Positions 48,838-56,549 of a stretch of DNA of 64,000 nucleotides are shown here, in pieces; positions within the stretch are counted from its first letter, which is position 1; each line of letters begins with the position of its first letter. Location of the stretch: positions 32,001-96,000 of the forward strand of contig CAVUQO010000002.1 in NCBI GenBank assembly GCA_963743635.1. Direction: 5' to 3'. This DNA is from Candidatus Babeliales bacterium (GTDB lineage: Bacteria > Babelota > Babeliae > Babelales > Vermiphilaceae). The translations under genes were made by a program, and so were the position numbers. The notes beneath the pieces are model-generated. The model saw nothing but the letters and a program-made list of their open reading frames with translations. It was not told the DNA's origin and did not search any database.

Positions 48838-49518
48838 TTAATCCGTTGAGCGCTTCATCACGCTGATCGCGTACAAGGCGCCACAAGGAAGCCATGTCAG
48901 ATAGCATTCAAGTATGCGCATGTTGCTCAAAAAATTTGGGAAGAAATCATAAAATCTCGTGGTTACCATGCCATATTGCTTGAGTAGTCGGCGCAATTTC
49001 CATGGCGCTATGAGCCGTGCATCCTTTTCGTACGGATTTGTTTTGAAGCGATAGACGGTTGCAAGATTGAGTGGATTAAGTTCAAAAATTATGAACGTGC
49101 CGCCCGGCTTTAATACGCGCATGAGTTCAGCGCAATAGGCTGCATGCTCTTCGCGCGGTATGTGGTGAAAAACTTCGGTTGCGTAGATAAGATCGAATGC
49201 GTCATTGGGAAATGTAAGTGAACCGGTGAACGTGGTAAATTGAATTCCTTCATACATATCTTTTGCAAGCGCGATATGCTCGGCAGAGGGATCGATGCCA
49301 TATATCGTTGCATTCACAAATATGTGTTGCACGAATGAGGTCATAAGCCCGTCGCCGCAGCCAAAATCCAGTATCGATAGTTTTTGTGTATGTTTTTCGG
49401 GAAACCATGAGGCTAATTTTTGCGCCTGATATTCGGCAAAAAAGGTAGCCGCGTCTCCGGAGATTGCGCGAGATTTGGCTACGTTTTCTTGGTATGAATG
49501 TTGGTTGTTTTTAATCAA
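48838..49518 (-). CDS. Class I SAM-dependent methyltransferase
   Basis: ILDFGCGDG, GIDPS, FDLI, VFHHIP, RVLKPGG. Confidence 0.9.
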   Translation of the reverse strand: MIKNNQHSYQENVAKSRAISGDAATFFAEYQAQKLASWFPEKHTQKLSILDFGCGDGLMTSFVQHIFVNATIYGIDPSAEHIALAKDMYEGIQFTTFTGSLTFPNDAFDLIYATEVFHHIPREEHAAYCAELMRVLKPGGTFIIFELNPLNLATVYRFKTNPYEKDARLIAPWKLRRLLKQYGMVTTRFYDFFPNFLSNMRILECYLTWLPCGALYAISVMKRSTD

Positions 49519-49520
49519 AC

Positions 49521-50756
49521 TTACAATCCAAGCTTAAAATCATGACACAATCTTTCAACTGCATCCGCACGTCGCTTGATTGCCGTATCATCCGTGTGAT
49601 GCATGAGTATATCATCGATCAGTTGAGCAATTTCTTGTGCTTGCTGAATCATCATGCCGCGCGTGGTAATCGCCGGCGTTCCGATGCGAATGCCACTCGT
49701 AATCCATGGTTTTTCTGTGTCAAAAGGAACACAACTTCGGCTGATGGTGATGCCAGCTTTAGAGAGTGCTACTTCAGCTTGTCGGCCGGTCATATTTTTC
49801 GAGCGAAGATCTAACACAAAAAGATGATTATCGGTGCCATCGCTGACGATGCGATAGCCAAGATCTTTAAACGTATGTGCCATTGCTTGCGCATTAGCGA
49901 TCACTTGACGTTGGTAATCTACAAAATCTGGTTGTTGTGCAAGATGGAAAGCAACTGCTTTTGCGGCAATAACATTCATGAAAGGACCACCTTGTAGCCC
50001 TGGCATAATTGCTTTATCGAGCCGTTCTGCGTGTTCTTGTTTGCACATAACCAGGCCGCCGCGTGGTCCGCGTAATGTTTTATGGGTAGTTGAACTCACA
50101 AAATCGGCATGAGGAAATGGATTAGGATGAAGTTGTGCTGCAATGAGGCCTGCAATGTGAGCGATATCGGCAAGTAAATAAGCGTTCACTCCGTGTGCGA
50201 TTTCAGCCATTCGTTTAAAATCGATGGTGCGTGAATATGCAGATGCCCCAACAACGATCAATTTTGGCTTGTGTTGCGCGGCAAGTAGTTCAATAGCATC
50301 ATAATCCAATCGTTCGGTATCTTTGTGTACGGTGTATTGCACTGCGTGGTAGAAGGTGCCTGAAAAGTTGACTTTATGTCCGTGCGTTAAATGTCCCCCT
50401 TCTGCCAAACTCATCCCCATAATCGTGTCACCTGGTTGTAAAGCCGAGAAATAGACTGCCATATTGGCTTGTGACCCAGCGTGGGGTTGAACATTGACAT
50501 GTTCTGCGCCGAACAATGTTTTGCAGCGTTCAATCGCAAGAAGTTCTGCTTCATCAACAAACTGGCATCCGGCATAGTATCGCTTGCCCGGATAACCTTC
50601 TGCATATTTATTAGTCAATTTTGAGCCTGTTGCTTCCATGACTGCAGCAGGGGCATAATTTTCTGATGCGATAAGATTTATTTCGTGTGCTTGGCGTTGC
50701 CCTTCATGCTCGATAATCTGCGCGATAAGGGGGTCAACTGATAATAATTCTTTCAT
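49521..50756 (-). CDS. glyA: Serine hydroxymethyltransferase
   Basis: LIASEN, NKYAEGYPGKRYY, GGHLTHG, TTHKTLRGPRGG. Confidence 0.98.
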   Translation of the reverse strand: MKELLSVDPLIAQIIEHEGQRQAHEINLIASENYAPAAVMEATGSKLTNKYAEGYPGKRYYAGCQFVDEAELLAIERCKTLFGAEHVNVQPHAGSQANMAVYFSALQPGDTIMGMSLAEGGHLTHGHKVNFSGTFYHAVQYTVHKDTERLDYDAIELLAAQHKPKLIVVGASAYSRTIDFKRMAEIAHGVNAYLLADIAHIAGLIAAQLHPNPFPHADFVSSTTHKTLRGPRGGLVMCKQEHAERLDKAIMPGLQGGPFMNVIAAKAVAFHLAQQPDFVDYQRQVIANAQAMAHTFKDLGYRIVSDGTDNHLFVLDLRSKNMTGRQAEVALSKAGITISRSCVPFDTEKPWITSGIRIGTPAITTRGMMIQQAQEIAQLIDDILMHHTDDTAIKRRADAVERLCHDFKLGL

Positions 50757-50808
50757 TGGTTCCTTTGTGTTCCTCGGTACGGTTGACGCATGGTATCAGC
50801 GTATCTGT

Positions 50809-51849
50809 TTAGTGCATCAGCGCAAGAAGTTCTTCGTTGTTCCATTGATTAATGAGTGCGACGCCATTTTTGCAAATGAATCGATCAACATTATCAAGCA
50901 TAATAAAATTCGGATTTTTGTTTTTGGCAACCTTCTTTTTTTTACCGTGATCAATAATGGAAGCGATATGATCAACGTTGTTATCGCGAGCGCGATATTT
51001 ACGAAAATTATTTTCTAGTTTACCCATGAGCGTGGCGCCGATTGCGCAAATCCAGGCGACGCGGCCATCAGCAATACCAGCAAAATGATTCAGTTGATAC
51101 AGTTGGGCATGTGGCTTATTGTGTACGAGGGATTCTGGACGTAAACGGGTTGACTGTTCATGATCTGCAGCGTGTGGCGGTGTGCACATCACATAGCTCC
51201 AATGATGAAAGGTATATTTATATGAGTCATCAAGGCGATCATTAAAAATAATGAGTCGTTTATTATATTTTCTCATCCATCGCAGGGTCGGCCAATGGCC
51301 GTCATGGGCGTCAGGATTCCACATGGCCTGCGTAAGAATGTATTTGGATACCTGAGGAAGAGTGTTGAGTTCTTCATCGATCATATGCGGGCAGACCAAT
51401 GGATCTCGAATGCTATCAAGAAGCAGTATGACGACCTCTCGAGGATTTGCCTCGAGCCATTGGGCAAAGATATTCATGATCTCAGCAAATGATTCAAAGG
51501 CGCCAATTTTCTGAAATGCATAGAGGCCAGTGCATTGTTGATGGCATAGAAAGAGGGTATCGTTTTTGGCGCCAAGATCGAGCTCAAAGACGCGCACCCC
51601 GTGGGTAAGCTGTTCTTGAAGGTTCCAGGTTTGTTGGGCATATAAAAAGGTGCCCCATCGGGTATTGCATCGACGTGAAATTAATGCGTTATGGGCGCCA
51701 ACAAAATGGACTTGATCAAGCCGTAAGGCATCATGGGGAACGTACCAGCTGGTGATATTCTCGGGTACTATGGGCCCATCGGTATTGATATACCCAAGAC
51801 CTATGATGATACTGGCAGCAAGAAAGGCTGTTGTCGTTGTAATACGCAT
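50809..51849 (-). CDS. Secreted PI-PLC-like phosphodiesterase (PLC X-domain)
   Basis: GAHNA, QL.HGVRVFELD, LCH, WLEANPREVV, WPTL..M, PNFIMLD. Confidence 0.82.
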   Translation of the reverse strand: MRITTTTAFLAASIIIGLGYINTDGPIVPENITSWYVPHDALRLDQVHFVGAHNALISRRCNTRWGTFLYAQQTWNLQEQLTHGVRVFELDLGAKNDTLFLCHQQCTGLYAFQKIGAFESFAEIMNIFAQWLEANPREVVILLLDSIRDPLVCPHMIDEELNTLPQVSKYILTQAMWNPDAHDGHWPTLRWMRKYNKRLIIFNDRLDDSYKYTFHHWSYVMCTPPHAADHEQSTRLRPESLVHNKPHAQLYQLNHFAGIADGRVAWICAIGATLMGKLENNFRKYRARDNNVDHIASIIDHGKKKKVAKNKNPNFIMLDNVDRFICKNGVALINQWNNEELLALMH

Positions 51850-52149
51850 CGGAGTCCCGGGGTTCTAAACTTTTACACTCTATTTTCAGTATAGCCGGAT
51901 GGGTAAAAAAGGGTAGTAGTTGGAGATTTAAGCCCTTTTTGAGTGATTCTATGAGGCTTGTATAGGAGGGACTTTTTGAATTCCGGAGTTTTTCCAATCA
52001 AAGTGAATATTTACGGTTTCATTCATAATGCCGCTCAAAATCAATGGTATTATGAATGAAACTGATAATGAAAGGTCTTGCCGATCATTAATGTAAATCA
52101 AATATAAAGCATTCCCAATAGTTGTCGTCATCAATTTTTTGCGAACGAT

Positions 52150-52770
52150 CTATGCCTGCGTAGAGCAAAAACATTTCCCAGTTTTAAATGCTTTGGTTCG
52201 CTGGTCCAACTTGGCATGTCCTGCCACCAGTGCATAACTGAAGGCTATGTCTTCGCATGCAGTCGGCCTGCCAGCATCATTTCTTGGAGAAAAAATTCTG
52301 TTTTCCTTGAGGCAATGGATAAATTCCATTTCTGCCTTAGATGCTTCTAAAGCCTTTTCATTCACTAGGTCCTTAAGTTTTTCTTTAGTAGTTTGAAAAA
52401 TATATGGCCTTGCATATTGCCCTGCGGTAAGTACTGCAGCAACTTGTCCTACGGTAGTTGTTGGAGCTATCCATGCAGCAACTTCAATAACACCAGCGAC
52501 GACCACACTAGCAACTTGACGTGGCGTGTCGGATAGGAGAATGTGGGGTATGGTTACCAAATGGAAAATTTTTTCGGTTGTCGATAACTTTTGAATATAT
52601 TTCTCGAATGGCGATAACCCTAATTCTTTAATAATAAATTTCTCGATTGGCAGTAACTCGTTCGGTAGAATTTCAAGAGAATATGGGCGATTACAACCGC
52701 AATTTGCTGCTTCACCCCCAGCATACAAATTTGCACTAAACAGCAATGATAGAAGTGTTCTTTTTAACAT
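52150..52770 (-). CDS. Secreted protein, Cys...GxPTAC paralog family
   Basis: Signal; CLKENRIFSPRNDAGRPTACE. Confidence 0.75.
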   Translation of the reverse strand: MLKRTLLSLLFSANLYAGGEAANCGCNRPYSLEILPNELLPIEKFIIKELGLSPFEKYIQKLSTTEKIFHLVTIPHILLSDTPRQVASVVVAGVIEVAAWIAPTTTVGQVAAVLTAGQYARPYIFQTTKEKLKDLVNEKALEASKAEMEFIHCLKENRIFSPRNDAGRPTACEDIAFSYALVAGHAKLDQRTKAFKTGKCFCSTQA

Positions 52771-52773
52771 ATT

Positions 52774-53310
52774 TTAACCCCGATAAGCGTCTTTGAAGGT
52801 GTTTATCATATCATTGCATGCTGCTTTGCCAGCCACTGCAGTAAATGCACTCGCTAGTCCTTCACATGCCGTCGGTATGCCGGCATTGTTTTTTGGCAGC
52901 TGTGCATTTTTCATAAGACAATCTCGAAAGGCATTCTTTGCCTCCCAGATTTTATTGCGTTCGCCAGCTGCCTTTAGGCTAGCCTTTCGCGCCTCACTGG
53001 GATAGCAGTAATCATAGAAGTCTCGTCCCGCAGAGGCAAAGAATACAGCGGCGTAAAGACAGATAGCTATGGATATGCCGGCACTAAGACGATTGCAATA
53101 CAGGGTAACCTTTTTCTGTGTTTCTTCGTCCCATTCTTCTGATGCCTTTATTATGTTTGGAATTATTGCAGCCACTACTAACGTTGCTACCCCAAGCCCT
53201 ATTGCACCATGCGATGATGCAGTGTGGTTAGATAATGTAAAACTTGCTGATTGCGGTGCTGCATGTAAATTTGCACTAAGCAGCAGTAATAAAAATGATT
53301 TTTTTAACAT
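52774..53310 (-). CDS. Secreted/membrane protein, Cys...GxPTAC paralog family
   Basis: Signal; two TM-like helices; CLMKNAQLPKNNAGIPTACE. Confidence 0.75.
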   Translation of the reverse strand: MLKKSFLLLLLSANLHAAPQSASFTLSNHTASSHGAIGLGVATLVVAAIIPNIIKASEEWDEETQKKVTLYCNRLSAGISIAICLYAAVFFASAGRDFYDYCYPSEARKASLKAAGERNKIWEAKNAFRDCLMKNAQLPKNNAGIPTACEGLASAFTAVAGKAACNDMINTFKDAYRG

Positions 53311-53313
53311 ATT

Positions 53314-54006
53314 TTAATCCTGATAAGCGGTTTTGAAGTTTGTTGTCATTTCATTGAGTGCTGCTTTACCAGCGACCAGAGTATACTGGCGCGAAAATTC
53401 ATCACACGCAGTTGGGCGACCCGCCCAATTCCTTGGCGTATGCGCATTTTTTATAAAACAATTTCTTAATCCTTGCTTTGCATCAAGATATTCATTTGTT
53501 TCACGATCTGTTTTGATGCGTGCCTTTGTTTCTTCATCTGGATAATAGCTTCTATATACATCGTTTGCTGTGGAGGCTAGTTGAGATATGCCATAAATAG
53601 CAATACCTGCACCAAGATATTTTAATGCTGGTGCCAATATTTCAGCTGCTTCACGTCCAAGCATCGGAGAGGCTTCTTTAACCTTATCGCCTAAGGTACC
53701 AGCCGCTTGGTTGCCGAGTGTTGGATCAATGTTCTGAGCGCCGTTAGCTATTCCTTCTTTAATCTTCTCCCCTATTTCCTTCGCTCCTTCACTACCTAGC
53801 AATGCAGATACATCCTTCACGCTTTGGGTATGTGTAGTAAGCACTTGATCTATTTCCTGCACCATCGCAACCCCTGCAGCCTTTGGTGGTGAGAATGCCG
53901 CCTTGAATGCGTTCCAAAAATCCTCAACCCTTCCAGCCCTGCTGGAAGTATGCGTAGTAGCAATGATAATGGCTGTGTATAAAAAAAATTTCTTAATATT
54001 GTTCAT
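53314..54006 (-). CDS. Secreted protein, Cys...GxPTAC paralog family
   Basis: Signal; CFIKNAHTPRNWAGRPTACD. Confidence 0.75.
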   Translation of the reverse strand: MNNIKKFFLYTAIIIATTHTSSRAGRVEDFWNAFKAAFSPPKAAGVAMVQEIDQVLTTHTQSVKDVSALLGSEGAKEIGEKIKEGIANGAQNIDPTLGNQAAGTLGDKVKEASPMLGREAAEILAPALKYLGAGIAIYGISQLASTANDVYRSYYPDEETKARIKTDRETNEYLDAKQGLRNCFIKNAHTPRNWAGRPTACDEFSRQYTLVAGKAALNEMTTNFKTAYQD

Positions 54007-54031
54007 AACGTTTCCCTATTGAGCTATATAG

Positions 54032-54550
54032 TTACTTTTGTAAATTTTCAAGTTCAGTGTCTAATGCAATCAATTGTTGAATATGAATTTCATATTTTTT
54101 AACAAGGCTTTTTAGTATTGCTTGCTCAATAGCGTATCGTATTGCATAGAATTTTAATGATTGAAATTCGTCCTCTTGAAACAGACCGTTTACAAGTATT
54201 CCTTCAACGCTTTTTTTGTTTTTGTAAGTCATCAAAGCATTCGTATAAAAGATATCGAGCTCCTTATAAAGCCGAGCTTCTTCCTCCTGTGCTAATGCAT
54301 TGCCATCATTTTTTTGACCCAATGCTCGCATTCTTTTATCGATGATTAGTCTAAAAACATCATGAGATTCTGATTTGAGTGAAGAAAGCAACTTGTCTTT
54401 TTCAGCAATAAGCGCGCCAAGCTTAGAGAGTTCCAGCTGTTTTTGAAAAATATTTTCTTCCATCCGTTGTATGCGCGTATCAACAGTATTCCTGCCCATT
54501 GCTGCAATAGGCACGAAGAGCATTGTTAAAAATATGGTTTTATAGTTCAT
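54032..54550 (-). CDS. Secreted coiled-coil protein
   Basis: Signal, heptad-rich N and C termini. Confidence 0.7.
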   Translation of the reverse strand: MNYKTIFLTMLFVPIAAMGRNTVDTRIQRMEENIFQKQLELSKLGALIAEKDKLLSSLKSESHDVFRLIIDKRMRALGQKNDGNALAQEEEARLYKELDIFYTNALMTYKNKKSVEGILVNGLFQEDEFQSLKFYAIRYAIEQAILKSLVKKYEIHIQQLIALDTELENLQK

Positions 54551-54596
54551 GATAATCCTTGAGTGTTAAGTATTGTTTTGATCGTTATGCAATTGA

Positions 54597-55088
54597 TTAC
54601 CACCACGATGTGGAGAATTGCTTTCTGTATTGATTGTAATTAGTTGTCAGTTTATCTGCCTCTTTCTTTCCCCCAAATATTTTGAGCACGTGTACTATTT
54701 CTCCGCATGCAGAGGGAAGCCCTGATCGCGCTCTTTTGGAAGTGTTCTTGTTTTCCATAAGGCATTGCTTTAATGCCTTTTCTGCGGTAAGCAAACCATA
54801 TTGGTTAGCAACGTCATGAGCCTCTATTTTTTCTTTCTCATTGGGGAAATTAAGAGATTTTATTTCTTGCACTATCAGACATATTCGAACAATAAGGCCA
54901 ATATATGGCTCGGCCTCAGCCCCCTTTTCAACTGCCTTTCCAATGATTGCCTTGAGGCCAGATTTTGCCGTCTCGTTAATTGCTGCATCAGCAGCCTGTT
55001 CAGTCATTGCTTTAAGTTCTGGTTGTGCGAAGGAAACGAAAACGGAATATAAGAATATCCGTTTAATATTTTGCTTGAATAATGTCAT
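54597..55088 (-). CDS. Secreted protein, Cys...GxPSAC paralog family
   Basis: CLMENKNTSKRARSGLPSACG. Confidence 0.7.
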   Translation of the reverse strand: MTLFKQNIKRIFLYSVFVSFAQPELKAMTEQAADAAINETAKSGLKAIIGKAVEKGAEAEPYIGLIVRICLIVQEIKSLNFPNEKEKIEAHDVANQYGLLTAEKALKQCLMENKNTSKRARSGLPSACGEIVHVLKIFGGKKEADKLTTNYNQYRKQFSTSWW

Positions 55089-55188
55089 TGGGGTCCCTTT
55101 CCCACTAGTGTTTATGATCATATGATTGATCAGTGTATTTTATACGTAATTGAAGATGCTTGAGCTATTCAGAAATCCATAATGGATA

Positions 55189-55212
55189 TAAGCCCCGGGC
55201 TTCCGGGGCTTA
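55189..55212 (-). terminator. GC-rich hairpin ending the RHH-precursor-small membrane protein unit
   Basis: taagccccgg/ccggggctta. Confidence 0.7.
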
Positions 55213-55222
55213 TTCTAAATGC

Positions 55223-55432
55223 TTAGATTTTCTTGGAACTGGCATTATAAGTAATATTTTTAAGAACTAATCCCATGAATAAGCCTATAACGCATGCGGG
55301 ATAATAGTTGTATTGCCAAGGCAATGGATCGTTGAATCCTAAGGAGCGCATAATGTATACAACGCTTACCATTACACCAACGATGGTCATTGTTTGATAA
55401 AACTGTTCTACAAAAATATTAAATAATTTCAT
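55223..55432 (-). CDS. Small 2-TM membrane protein (immunity-like)
   Basis: 69 aa, two hydrophobic helices, 9 bp after the precursor gene. Confidence 0.65.
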   Translation of the reverse strand: MKLFNIFVEQFYQTMTIVGVMVSVVYIMRSLGFNDPLPWQYNYYPACVIGLFMGLVLKNITYNASSKKI

Positions 55433-55441
55433 GGTTAACCA

Positions 55442-56104
55442 TTACGGTAATGGTAAGACTAAACCAAGGCCGAACGCACTTACGGATGCTGCTTCAATAA
55501 AAGCCACAAGACCGGTAGTTCCACCAGCAGTTGCTATAGCTCCTGTTGCTAAGCCTGCCGCTGAGGTAGCTGCAGCAGATGTGCCAATAGCAGCGGCTGT
55601 TGCGCCTGCCGCTAAAGTACCAGCGCCGGTTCCAGCGATCGCAACGGTGGTGCCTGCATTAAGAGCGGCGCCAACCGCAACGCCCGCAGTTCCACCGCTT
55701 GCCACTGTGGCAGCCGCTACTGTAGCAGCTCCTGCGGTGGCTGCAGCGCCAACACCGCCCCAACAAAGAGATTTGGTTATCCAATACAAAGCATTCGCGG
55801 TAACTGGACCACCGCCATTAAGACGACCGCCAAGGCGAAGCGCGTAGTCATTACTATTTTCCATCTTATTGAGCTTTAAATAAGCACCAGTTGTAGTAAG
55901 TTGTGCAAGCCGTTCTTCTGATATGCCTCTCAGCTCTTTATCGATGAAAGCGCGTTGAATTTTAGTTGATGTGTTTTCTGTTTCCACAAAGAAGTCATTG
56001 CCTTTGTGGGTGAGTCGCATTGCATTCATTCCTGAGAATGCAAGCATAGATAAGGCTAGAAAGCCTGTCCTGACACAGGAAGGGCCTTTCTTGATTTGTA
56101 ACAT
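55442..56104 (-). CDS. Precursor-like protein: signal, pro-domain, LRLGGRLNGG, Gly/Ala/Thr-rich hydrophobic C-terminus
   Basis: Translation in ORF track. Confidence 0.75.
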   Translation of the reverse strand: MLQIKKGPSCVRTGFLALSMLAFSGMNAMRLTHKGNDFFVETENTSTKIQRAFIDKELRGISEERLAQLTTTGAYLKLNKMENSNDYALRLGGRLNGGGPVTANALYWITKSLCWGGVGAAATAGAATVAAATVASGGTAGVAVGAALNAGTTVAIAGTGAGTLAAGATAAAIGTSAAATSAAGLATGAIATAGGTTGLVAFIEAASVSAFGLGLVLPLP

Positions 56105-56133
56105 ATGTTAGTCCGATATGATTAAACGTACTG

Positions 56134-56313
56134 CTAAACGTCCAATTCATTGGGTAATTTCGTACTCAACGATTGAACTTTTCCTTCAATCGCTTCAATT
56201 ACTAGATCTCTCATACTTTTTTCGACCATTACACTTTTGATTTTCAGCTTCTTGTGCAACTCTAGAGGCAAAGCAATAGTGAGACGAGTCGATTCCTTCT
56301 TGCGTTCCATCAT
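56134..56313 (-). CDS. Ribbon-helix-helix (ParG/CopG-like) DNA-binding protein, 59 aa, not in ORF track
   Basis: Manual translation MMERKKESTRLTIALPLELHKKLKIKSVMVEKSMRDLVIEAIEGKVQSLSTKLPNELDV*; AAAGGGGAG RBS. Confidence 0.8.
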   Translation of the reverse strand: MMERKKESTRLTIALPLELHKKLKIKSVMVEKSMRDLVIEAIEGKVQSLSTKLPNELDV

Positions 56314-56549
56314 TACTCCCCTTTTATGTAATCACGATTATTAGCATATACGTAAATAAATAAGCCGCAAGCAATAAATAAGACTGGATTTTCTTAGTAA
56401 TTTTATAGGTTCGGTTTTTAATCATGTGTGACGCATTGTCTCATAGAGAACGATTTATAAGAGATAATACTCATGGATTGTGTAAGGCCTTATTAATCCA
56501 ATGTTTATAATGCGCTAGCTCTATGTATTTAAGCCCTTTTTGAGTGATT

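Noticed and set aside
51926..51953. 28-bp repeat as a dif/Xer site
   Set aside because: Only TTAAAT matches the XerD arm; there is no XerC-like arm or dyad symmetry.
51949..52134. 61-aa ORF ending in the left direct repeat
   Set aside because: No recognisable features and no similarity to the 780-aa gene beyond the repeat; not supportable as a gene.
55431..55847. Plus-strand Ala/Pro-rich 138-aa ORF
   Set aside because: Antisense shadow of the Gly/Ala/Thr codons of the minus-strand precursor gene.
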